Source: Candidatus Hydrothermarchaeum profundi (GTDB taxonomy: Archaea; Hydrothermarchaeota; Hydrothermarchaeia; Hydrothermarchaeales; Hydrothermarchaeaceae). Taken from it: a stretch of DNA of 64,000 nucleotides. A program made the translations under genes and the position numbers. The stretch covers positions 1,128,989 through 1,192,988 of the forward strand of contig MTMF02000009.1 in the NCBI GenBank assembly GCA_002011125.2. The letters are read 5' to 3'. The notes under the pieces are model-generated. The model was not told the DNA's origin. It did not search any database and saw only the letters and a list, made by a program, of their open reading frames with translations. This document shows, piece after piece, positions 28,216 to 36,336 of this stretch (within the stretch, counting starts at the first letter, position 1; each line of letters begins with the position of its first letter).

Positions 28216-28484
28216 TAGAAGAAATCGAAAAATATGTAGCTAGGATATTTGAGAACTTAAGTCCTTCCCAAAAAGCAACTTTAAAAGCTCTCATGTTTTC
28301 TGGATTTAAAGGGGAACGAGACCATATATTGCTCGAGCTTCTAAAAGAAATGGGAGAGGATAAAATATCTCATAGTGAACTCACTGAGTCTTTTACTTGT
28401 TCATTCGAGGGGGTACTTGTTAATTATTCGAGGATAAAGCCGGAATATTATAGAGCTGTTAGAAAGTTGCTCATGAAAAGTTAG
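28212..28484 (+). CDS. Hypothetical protein
   Basis: 90-aa ORF translationally coupled to the upstream gene; no recognised motif. Confidence 0.55.
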   Translation: MIEEIEKYVARIFENLSPSQKATLKALMFSGFKGERDHILLELLKEMGEDKISHSELTESFTCSFEGVLVNYSRIKPEYYRAVRKLLMKS

Positions 28485-29055
28485 AATAGCAAGGTATGCA
28501 AAGTAGTTTTCCATTTTTAACCTTAACATAATCTTTAAGAACAACCTCGCCGCACCTTTGGCATATCTCATGTTTTAGTGATGGTTCTTCAGCTGGTTTA
28601 AAAAGCGGAGCTTCGGAGAAAGAAAATAGCTTTTCATCGGGGAGCTTATTAAGTTCTTCTACAATCTCTGCGCCGGATTTAAAATGTTCTCTTGCTTCTT
28701 CTTCCCTATTCGAAGGCGGAAGCTTCTTAACTTCTTGTCCTTTTAATCCAAATTCCAAGACTTTTTCTAGGATGTCTCGTTTTACACTTATCCTAACAGA
28801 CCTACTATTAGCTAGATCATAGAAAGATGCAGCGAATTTTCCATAATCTAAGCAATAAAGATTATTTTTACCATATGTAGTTCCACAGACGTATTGTAAG
28901 CCATCTGAAAGACAGTTTTTGTATTCTACCACTGCTATAAGCTTTACACCGTTCTCTCTGGGTCTTCCAAGCACTTCAAGCGCCTTTTTACCCATTCTTA
29001 TGCCGAGAGCATACATCGGACACATGTGTCCGTGAAACCATCGAGGATCCTCCAT
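28471..29055 (-). CDS. FmdE family protein with C4 zinc finger
   Basis: FHGHMCPMYALGIRMG, EYKNCLSDGLQ..CGTTYGK, CQRCGE...CIPC. Confidence 0.88.
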   Translation of the reverse strand: MEDPRWFHGHMCPMYALGIRMGKKALEVLGRPRENGVKLIAVVEYKNCLSDGLQYVCGTTYGKNNLYCLDYGKFAASFYDLANSRSVRISVKRDILEKVLEFGLKGQEVKKLPPSNREEEAREHFKSGAEIVEELNKLPDEKLFSFSEAPLFKPAEEPSLKHEICQRCGEVVLKDYVKVKNGKLLCIPCYSNFS

Positions 29056-29092
29056 GATATCTTTTTTAATACCTTATTATAAAGAATTTGTG

Positions 29093-29818
29093 ATGAAGAA
29101 AAAAATACAGGAATACTACTCCCGGAGGGCTGAGACCTATAGTGATTTAGATGCCCCAGCGACAATAGTCTCCGCAGTTAGATTTAGAGGGGTATTGGAT
29201 CATTTAAAAATAATATCTCCAAAAGAGAATGAAAGGATACTCGACATAGGGTGTGGTACTGGAAGATTTCTACAACCATTTTCTAAGGCAAAGGTTTGTG
29301 GTGTTGATCTCACTCTTAATATGCTTAATAAAGCAAAAGGACATGCTCCTCTAGTAAGGGCGGACGCGGAACATCTCCCTTTTAAAGATGCATCTTTTGA
29401 CATCGCTCATTCAGCAGGGTTATTAGGCATCTATCGTTCGTCAAAAGTTCTAGAGGAGGCGGCGAGAGTCGTTAAGGAAAATGGTAAAATCTATATCAGT
29501 TTTCCAGCTGCAACCAGCGTGAGTGGGATAGTTTCATTAATATTTCAAAAATTATTCCGGTATAATCCTTCGCTATTTGACTATTGGTATACCAAAAAAG
29601 ACATACGGAGAATGTTTCCTCCAGAAGTCGAGCTAGTTAAAATTTATAGGTTGGGATGGGAGCCTCCTTTCCAAAGGTGGTTTAAAGAATTGGAATCTAG
29701 GAAGCTTGTTAAACTCTTCTTATTTCTTGAGAATATTTTGAAAAACAAGCCTTTTTTTAAATATTTTTGTGCGAGATTTTTAGCGGTAGGCGTAGTTGGA
29801 GCTAGTAGAAGCTCTTAA
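29093..29818 (+). CDS. Class I SAM-dependent methyltransferase
   Basis: ILDIGCGTG, GVDLT, ADAEHLPFKDASFD, RVVKENG. ATG 29093 preferred over 29054, which overlaps the divergent gene. Confidence 0.9.
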   Translation: MKKKIQEYYSRRAETYSDLDAPATIVSAVRFRGVLDHLKIISPKENERILDIGCGTGRFLQPFSKAKVCGVDLTLNMLNKAKGHAPLVRADAEHLPFKDASFDIAHSAGLLGIYRSSKVLEEAARVVKENGKIYISFPAATSVSGIVSLIFQKLFRYNPSLFDYWYTKKDIRRMFPPEVELVKIYRLGWEPPFQRWFKELESRKLVKLFLFLENILKNKPFFKYFCARFLAVGVVGASRSS

Positions 29819-29925
29819 ATAAGGCGGCATCTGTGTTATTATCTTATAGGATAGAATTTTAAAAAAATTAATATAATTTGACCGATTTTTCTCTATTTGA
29901 TTAGATTATTGGAGGTGAAAATCTA

Positions 29926-30342
29926 ATGTCTTTGCCGGAGGATTTCCATGAGATATTTAGCAATTATTGTGCTTCTGGCAGACCTATAGTATGGGTCTCT
30001 ACGATTGATGACGGAACACCGCATCTTGTTCCCGTATGTTTTGTTAAGGTTTTAGGGGAAGATAAGATTCTAATCGCTAATGTCTTTATTAAAAAGACGG
30101 TTAGGAACATAGAGAAAGGCTCTAAAATAGCAGTCGGGGCAGTTGTAAAAGAAGACGGTTTTAAGGGGTACATGATTAAAGGTAGAGCAGAAAACCTAAA
30201 AGAAGGAAAGCTTTTTGAGGACTTCGCTAAAGAGGTTTCAGATAAAAGTGGCGGTAGAAGGAAGCCAAAATCTGCAGTACTAGTAACGATAGAAGAAGTT
30301 TATTCTTTAAAACCATATGAAGGGCGTAAGAGGATTATTTAA
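29926..30342 (+). CDS. Pyridoxamine 5'-phosphate oxidase-like FMN-binding protein
   Basis: VSTIDDGTPH, KKTVRNI, GYMIKGRAE, EEVYSL. Strong SD GGAGGTGA at 29911. Confidence 0.85.
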   Translation: MSLPEDFHEIFSNYCASGRPIVWVSTIDDGTPHLVPVCFVKVLGEDKILIANVFIKKTVRNIEKGSKIAVGAVVKEDGFKGYMIKGRAENLKEGKLFEDFAKEVSDKSGGRRKPKSAVLVTIEEVYSLKPYEGRKRII

Positions 30343-30344
30343 TA

Positions 30345-30740
30345 TCACCATAACTCTTTTATCTTACCTAGGATGTATTTTTCAATCCCGAACTCTGCGT
30401 CTTTATTCGGGATCATAACCAGAGCCTTCCATGGAATTCCTAAGTCCCAGACAGCTCTCGCCCTTCTATGACCGTCGATCAGTATATCTTTATCAGGCTT
30501 TCTGAGAATGATTATAGGACAGGCATAGCCATGTTCTATTGCCTTCTTTATTTCCACAACTTTTTTAGCAAAGGTAACGCGGTTCTCTTCTCCCGGAAAG
30601 GTGTAGTGGACATCTCCTAGCTTACTTTTATCTATTATCTCCTCTTTTTCCTCAAATTTCAATTCTTCATGGACAGCTTCATAAGACCTTATTACATCCT
30701 TAAACAGGATCTTCTCCTCATATTCCTGAATCAATGTCAT
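30345..30740 (-). CDS. Stand-alone ParB/sulfiredoxin-like domain protein
   Basis: AIEHGYACPIII..ILIDGHRRARA. ATG 30740 preferred because the called start overlaps the upstream AAA gene. Confidence 0.72.
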   Translation of the reverse strand: MTLIQEYEEKILFKDVIRSYEAVHEELKFEEKEEIIDKSKLGDVHYTFPGEENRVTFAKKVVEIKKAIEHGYACPIIILRKPDKDILIDGHRRARAVWDLGIPWKALVMIPNKDAEFGIEKYILGKIKELW

Positions 30741-30774
30741 GTTAATCCAATATATTTCTTCATTTTTAAAGCTT

Positions 30775-31653
30775 TCAAAAATTGTATTTATGGATGCAAT
30801 CTTCTGAGATGATTTTGTTGTAGTCCTCTGCCATCGCATGTGATAACCAGGGTTTTATTTTTTCTTTTGCTTCTAGCATATCCCTCATGGTGACATAGGA
30901 TGAGTTGTTGCCTGACCTTTCTAGCGTGTTTAGAATCGCTTTCCTACATAGAGCTTCTAAGTCCCATCCCACATAATATTCTGTGATTTCAGCGATTTTT
31001 TTTAAGTTCACATCATTAGCTAGTTTAGCATTTCTCAGATAATATTTCAAAATTTTTAATCTATCGCTTTTATTTGGCATTGGAACGTATATTTTTCTAC
31101 CTAACATGTTGGTTCTGGTAAAAGCCTGATCTAGAACGTCTATTCGATATGAAGATGCCGCTACTATTATGCTATCGACAGAGGCGACTCTCTCTACTTC
31201 TTTATAGACAGTTTGATGAACTTGGGGAGTTCCAAATTTATCAGGCTTGCCTGTTGTCGTGCCATCCTTCCACCTATAATCTGCACCTTCTCTAGGACAA
31301 AGCCAATCTATATCCATTAAGTGGACTACGCAGGGGGCATTCTTTAATGCTAACTGGAATCCCTTTTTTATGACTTCTGGCTTGTCTGTGCATTCTCTCC
31401 CCCTTATTAAAATATAATTAGTTCCAGCCTCCTTTGCTGCAGCCTCTATCAAATGTCCTTTTCCAGTACCTAGCGGTCCCCATACTATCACTCCGGTTGG
31501 CGGAGTTAATGAAGCTTTTTTTAATTCTTCACGATATTTTAGAGGAACTACGATCATCTCTCTAAATTTTTCTTTAACATTTTCGTAACCAGCTATTTGT
31601 TCAAAACTAAACCTCGGTTCTCTCATATCTATGTATATCTGGTCGTAGTCCAT
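30775..31653 (-). CDS. Single-domain Cdc48-like AAA+ ATPase, paralog 2 (degenerate)
   Basis: FEQIAGY, GPLGTGKG, HLMDID, RIDVLDQAFTR..MLGRKIYVPMP, YVGWDLE. ATG 31653. Confidence 0.88.
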   Translation of the reverse strand: MDYDQIYIDMREPRFSFEQIAGYENVKEKFREMIVVPLKYREELKKASLTPPTGVIVWGPLGTGKGHLIEAAAKEAGTNYILIRGRECTDKPEVIKKGFQLALKNAPCVVHLMDIDWLCPREGADYRWKDGTTTGKPDKFGTPQVHQTVYKEVERVASVDSIIVAASSYRIDVLDQAFTRTNMLGRKIYVPMPNKSDRLKILKYYLRNAKLANDVNLKKIAEITEYYVGWDLEALCRKAILNTLERSGNNSSYVTMRDMLEAKEKIKPWLSHAMAEDYNKIISEDCIHKYNF

Positions 31654-31666
31654 AGGAGTCCCCCTT

Positions 31667-32539
31667 TTAGTACATGTATCTGTGCTTACACTCTTCTTTG
31701 TAAATCTCTTCATATCTGCTTATAAGTTCTGGTGAAAGTGAGGGAGGTATCCTTTTCATCGCTTCCTTAAAGTGTCGTAGTGATACTTTTTCGAACGTCT
31801 TGCCATTCTCCTTTATTGCGATTAAGGTGGCTTCTCGTGGGAGAGATATTAAATCCGAACTAGAATAGTTTTCAGTAATTTCAGATATTACCTCAGGCGA
31901 TGCATCTTCTGCGAGAGGAATTTTTTTAAGGGACAGCCTTAGAATTTCTAATCTATCATAGTAGTCTGGCGCGGGAACGTATATTTTTCTATCTAATCTT
32001 CCATTACGGAGTAAGGCAGGGTCGATTATATCTGGGCGGTTGCTTCCTCCAATCGTAATAACTTTATCATTTTTTGCAGATTTATCGATTTCACGTAAGA
32101 ATCTCCTAGTAGTGTTAGGAGGAGCTATTTTACGTGGGGGTTCTAAAAGACCCGATTGAGCTTCTCGCCTTGGGGCTAATACTTCGATTTCATTAATGAA
32201 AATAACACATGGGGCAATCTTAGTTGCATCTTTGTACAGGTGTGTTATCTGATGTTCGTTTTCAATTATCCTAGAAGCTTCTACGGAGATATACATAGCA
32301 TTGGCATCTGAAGCAGCCGCTTCGGCTAAAGTACGCATGCTTGTTTTTGGGGGACCCCACATTAGTATTCCATTTCTTGGTCTTAGGTCAGCTTTTTTAA
32401 AAGCCTCTGGATATTTTAAGGGTAAGGATACCATTTCTTCTAATCTTTTTTTTACCTCTGTAAAGCCTCCAATATCTTCAAATTTGATTACCGCTTCCCT
32501 TATTTTATAGCACTGACCGGGATCGAGTATCTCGCACAT
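31667..32539 (-). CDS. Single-domain Cdc48-like AAA+ ATPase, paralog 3 (Walker A degenerate)
   Basis: FEDIGGF, GPPKTSMRT, FINEIE, NRPDIIDPALLRNGRLDRKIYVPAPD. Confidence 0.88.
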   Translation of the reverse strand: MCEILDPGQCYKIREAVIKFEDIGGFTEVKKRLEEMVSLPLKYPEAFKKADLRPRNGILMWGPPKTSMRTLAEAAASDANAMYISVEASRIIENEHQITHLYKDATKIAPCVIFINEIEVLAPRREAQSGLLEPPRKIAPPNTTRRFLREIDKSAKNDKVITIGGSNRPDIIDPALLRNGRLDRKIYVPAPDYYDRLEILRLSLKKIPLAEDASPEVISEITENYSSSDLISLPREATLIAIKENGKTFEKVSLRHFKEAMKRIPPSLSPELISRYEEIYKEECKHRYMY

Positions 32540-32541
32540 AG

Positions 32542-33603
32542 TTAGGCCTTCCCAAATTTTCTTGAAGCATTTACCATTGCATAAAGGTTTTTAAAAGGAG
32601 TCTGCGAGTGGAGACCACAACTACTAGAGACTATATAACTATACTTCCCAGCTTTATTGATGCAGTTTTTGACGTTCTCTTCAACATCTCGTTCAGACCC
32701 CTTGTGGAGAGTGCCCACAGAGACGTTTCCGAAAAGAGCGACTTTATTTCCAACTTCTTTCATTGCTTTATTAAGATCTACTGACTCATCTACACTCAAG
32801 CAAACTGCCCCAGTCTTTGCGAGGTCTTTGAGTATAGGGGAAGTGTCTCCACATATGTGTATAATAACTTCCCCCCCGTACTTCCTTAGAGCGCTACAAA
32901 CTTTTTTTTCATAAGGATATGCGAACTCCCTATAATGTTTTGGTGAGATAACTTGCGATGCTGCAGAAGGATCTTCGATCATGATTCCGTGAGTACCTAT
33001 ATCTATTTGCTTCTTCCCGATCTCTATAGCAGCCTCAGCCATGAAATTTAAGAGCTTGTGAACTTCATTTTTTCTTATACTCATATCCAGCATGAAGTTT
33101 TCCATACCTCGAATCCATTCAGCGGCATAATGAAATGGTGCAGGCACTTTACTGCAGATATATACCTCCCCCTTAGTTATCTTAAGTAGTTCTTGCAGGG
33201 GCTCCCACCTTTCTTCATTATCTGTGTCGGGCATTTTTAATTCGTCTAGCTGTGAATAGTCACTTATAGCAGGTTCCCTCACAGCAGGTCCTCCATTAAG
33301 AGGTATCTTAAGCTTAGTTCCCCACTCAGTTGGCAATACCGCATATCCATCAATTATTTTTAAGCTCTTACGTTCCTCTTTGGTAATTCCTTGTATTGGC
33401 TGATGATTGAATATCCAGTCGTATCCGTACTTCCTCTGTGCTTTTAACTGTCCTTTTACGTAGAGTTCATTATTAGTAACGTATTCCCAAGGCTTTACTC
33501 CTAAAACTTTAGAGGCATGAGGGACATTGACCATTGGGGCTACCGGTAGATAATCTAGTGAATCTCCTTCTAACGCAGCTCTGAATCTTTCAACAGATTT
33601 CAT
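32542..33603 (-). CDS. MtaA/CmuA (UroD-fold) methylcobamide:thiol methyltransferase
   Basis: ERFRAAL, PVAP, IRGMENFMLDM, EDPSA..VISP, zinc ligands IHICG and SSSCG, GNV. Confidence 0.88.
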   Translation of the reverse strand: MKSVERFRAALEGDSLDYLPVAPMVNVPHASKVLGVKPWEYVTNNELYVKGQLKAQRKYGYDWIFNHQPIQGITKEERKSLKIIDGYAVLPTEWGTKLKIPLNGGPAVREPAISDYSQLDELKMPDTDNEERWEPLQELLKITKGEVYICSKVPAPFHYAAEWIRGMENFMLDMSIRKNEVHKLLNFMAEAAIEIGKKQIDIGTHGIMIEDPSAASQVISPKHYREFAYPYEKKVCSALRKYGGEVIIHICGDTSPILKDLAKTGAVCLSVDESVDLNKAMKEVGNKVALFGNVSVGTLHKGSERDVEENVKNCINKAGKYSYIVSSSCGLHSQTPFKNLYAMVNASRKFGKA

Positions 33604-34226
33604 TTCTTCTCCCTCATGATCCTCTCGCAGAGAAGTACTGCTTTTCTAGCGTCACTGCCATAACCTTGGACACCAAGCTCTTTTGCATACTCTTCAGTAG
33701 CGGCAGCTCCCCCAATAATAAAAGCATATTTTTCCCTTAAACCATGTTTTTCGAATTCTTCTATTACCCTTTTCATCCCCTCAATAGTGGTGGTCATCAT
33801 TGCGGATAATCCTACAATATCCGCCCTGAACTCTTTTGCCTTCTCTACGAAGTCTATGGCAGGTATATCTCTTCCAATATTGTACACCTTAAAGCCTGCT
33901 CCTTCTAAGAACATTGCTACGAGGTTCTTTCCTATATCATGAACATCGCCTTCGACACTTCCTATTACTATTCTTCCTGTGGCCTCTGATTTTTCATAGT
34001 CTAATAGAGGCTTAAGGATATCAAGGCCTCTCTGCATAGCATAAGCAGATAATAATGTTTCAGGAACATAGTACTCTTTTTTCTCAAATTTTTCTCCTAC
34101 TATCTCCATGCCTGAGATCATTTCTCTGAGGATTTCCTCAGGTTTAAGGCCATTATCAAGAGAGTTTCTAATGAGAGTTTCTATGTTATCTATATCCCCA
34201 TTAATGACGGCTTCTTTAATGGACAT
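33600..34226 (-). CDS. Methyltransferase corrinoid protein (MtaC/MtbC-like)
   Basis: Cap domain GMEIVGEKFE..YYVPE; EGDVHDIGKNLV, GLSAMMTTT, IIGGA. Confidence 0.95.
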   Translation of the reverse strand: MSIKEAVINGDIDNIETLIRNSLDNGLKPEEILREMISGMEIVGEKFEKKEYYVPETLLSAYAMQRGLDILKPLLDYEKSEATGRIVIGSVEGDVHDIGKNLVAMFLEGAGFKVYNIGRDIPAIDFVEKAKEFRADIVGLSAMMTTTIEGMKRVIEEFEKHGLREKYAFIIGGAAATEEYAKELGVQGYGSDARKAVLLCERIMREKK

Positions 34227-34341
34227 TCTACACCTGAATTCTACTTATTATTAACAATGGAAAAAGCTGCTATTGGTCTCTCTCCTTCCATTCTTATATA
34301 CTTTTTATATTTTCCCGTTAATATGTAAATTTATAAGATTA

Positions 34342-35358
34342 TTAGCGTCTTGTATTGTAGGAGACTTTCACCATCTCTGTTATATTTTCTTCTCTAGCAC
34401 TTCGTGGGACTACGCATCCAGAACTTAGGACTACCCTTTCCTGTAGTTCCACGACTTTCTCAGAGATTTTTCTAATTTCTGATGGAGTGCCTCTAAAGAG
34501 TAGATTGGAAGGTACATTTCCCCATGCAGGTATTTTTTCCCAGACTAATTTTATGTCAGTCATTTCATCGAAACTCAAGCAACTCGCTCCGGTTCTACTC
34601 ACATCGTCTAGTATTTTACTGATATCTCCGCATATATGGAGTATTACTGGTACATCCTTTGTTATTTCTTTTATAAGTCTGCGTTCATATTTGAAGACAA
34701 ATTTTCGGTAATCTTCAGGGGAAATTAGTGATGAAGAAGCTGATGAATCTGGTATAAAAATCGCATGTGCTCCTACTTCAATCTGAGCTTTGGCGATTTC
34801 TAGGCAGCGATCAAGTGAAAAATCGAGTAGTTTTAAGATAAAATCTCTATCTTTTTTCATCTCTACCAAAAATTTTTCAAGAGGATATAAGAAGGTTGAA
34901 GCAAAAGTAAATGGAGCTCTAGTTGTACCGCAAACAAAATCTTCTTTTTCAAGCATATATCTTAGCGGCGCCGTCCTTTCTTTTGAGAATTGATCTGGGA
35001 TATTAATTTTGTCAAGCTCTTCCTTGCTTTTTAACGCAGGCTCTAAAGTTTGAGGCGACCCATGGGAAGATAGCAGTATCTTAGTTCCTAACTCTAACTG
35101 TAGAATAACTCTATCGTCTTGGTAAATTACATTTTTCCTCTCCCACTTGGTGATTCCTTGAAACGGTTGATGAGCCCAGACCCAATCATACCCATGATGA
35201 CGTTTACATGCAATCTGGGCTTCTGCATATTTTTTATTATCCAACACATACTCTTGGGGACTAATACCATATATTTTTGAAGCATAACCAGAGGTTATTA
35301 GAGGCGCAACCGGGACTCTCTCAACTTTCTTGCCTGTGAGGGTTTCTAGTATATTCAT
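34342..35358 (-). CDS. Second MtaA/CmuA (UroD-fold) methyltransferase
   Basis: RVPVAP, APFT, PDSSAS..LISP, LHICG, WGNV, LSSGC. Confidence 0.86.
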   Translation of the reverse strand: MNILETLTGKKVERVPVAPLITSGYASKIYGISPQEYVLDNKKYAEAQIACKRHHGYDWVWAHQPFQGITKWERKNVIYQDDRVILQLELGTKILLSSHGSPQTLEPALKSKEELDKINIPDQFSKERTAPLRYMLEKEDFVCGTTRAPFTFASTFLYPLEKFLVEMKKDRDFILKLLDFSLDRCLEIAKAQIEVGAHAIFIPDSSASSSLISPEDYRKFVFKYERRLIKEITKDVPVILHICGDISKILDDVSRTGASCLSFDEMTDIKLVWEKIPAWGNVPSNLLFRGTPSEIRKISEKVVELQERVVLSSGCVVPRSAREENITEMVKVSYNTRR

Positions 35359-35418
35359 TCTAACTGGAATTTGCTACAAAATTATTTAAACATTTATCAG
35401 CGCAATTATTTCGGAGAA

Positions 35419-36336
35419 ATGATAGAAGTAAGTAAGGTTTCAAAAAGCTTTGGTGGTTATAGTGCAGTAAAAGATGTTAGCTTTAATGTTGAGGAGGGGG
35501 AGATATTTGGGATTTTAGGTCCTAATGGTGCAGGTAAAACCACTCTGATATCAATGCTTTCTACTGCTATAATACCTGACTCAGGGGAAATTACAATATT
35601 CGGCCTAGATGTATCTACTCATGCAAAGGAGATTAGAAGATCTATCGGGGTTATTTTTCAGAATTCAAGTCTAGATGATAAACTAACATGCAGAGAAAAT
35701 CTTTGGATAAGCGCATCTCTTTATGGAGTATCTAGAGTGGAAAGGCTAAAGAGAATACAAGAAAAGCTGGAGTTAGTCGGTCTTGACGAGTGGGAGAATA
35801 CCCTCGTAAAGAAGTTGTCTTGGGGAATGAAAAGACGTCTTGAGATAGCTAGAGCCTTGATCTCGAACCCTAAAGTTCTTCTGATGGATGAGCCTACCTT
35901 AGGTCTTGATCCAAAGGCGAGATTTGATTTATGGGAGCATTTAGAGAATCTTGGGGTAACTGTTGTTTTGTCTACTAATTATATGGAAGAGGCAGATAGG
36001 CTTTGTAATAAAATTGCTTTAATGGATGCGGGAAGATTAGTTGCTATAGATACGCCACAGGATCTTAAAAACACTATTAAGGGCGATGCTATAACCTTGA
36101 GAGTGAGAGACTATAAAAAGATAGCTTCAAAATTAAAGGAAGAATATGCTAGTCTAAAAGTGGTTGGGGAAAAAATAATCATATATACTGGTGGGGGAGA
36201 GGGGGAAGTTTCTAGGCTGGTTAGGAGGATAGGGGAAGACTTAGTATCTATAGAGATGAGGCAGCCAAATCTTAACGATGTATTCCTTGAGTATACTGGA
36301 AAAGAGCTTAGGAGTCCAGAGTTGAATGAACATTGA
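35419..36336 (+). CDS. ABC-2 (DrrA-like) exporter ATP-binding protein
   Basis: GPNGAGKTT, LSWGMKRR, LLMDEPT. ATG 35419 follows GGAG. Confidence 0.92.
   Translation: MIEVSKVSKSFGGYSAVKDVSFNVEEGEIFGILGPNGAGKTTLISMLSTAIIPDSGEITIFGLDVSTHAKEIRRSIGVIFQNSSLDDKLTCRENLWISASLYGVSRVERLKRIQEKLELVGLDEWENTLVKKLSWGMKRRLEIARALISNPKVLLMDEPTLGLDPKARFDLWEHLENLGVTVVLSTNYMEEADRLCNKIALMDAGRLVAIDTPQDLKNTIKGDAITLRVRDYKKIASKLKEEYASLKVVGEKIIIYTGGGEGEVSRLVRRIGEDLVSIEMRQPNLNDVFLEYTGKELRSPELNEH

Noticed and set aside
26849-32539. AAA genes as PAN or fragments of a split cdc48 pseudogene
   Set aside because: Each is an intact ORF with its own conserved tail. There is no N-terminal coiled-coil/OB domain, no pore-1 loop and no canonical HbYX.
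34241-34291. 16-codon minus-strand ORF MEGERPIAAFSIVNNK upstream of the corrinoid gene
   Set aside because: Too short to distinguish from chance, has no SD, and lies in the probable promoter/UTR.
30775-35358. Pyrrolysine or selenocysteine read-through in the methyltransferase cluster
   Set aside because: The proteins are full length at their stops, and no MttB/MtmB-type split ORF or in-frame continuation is seen.
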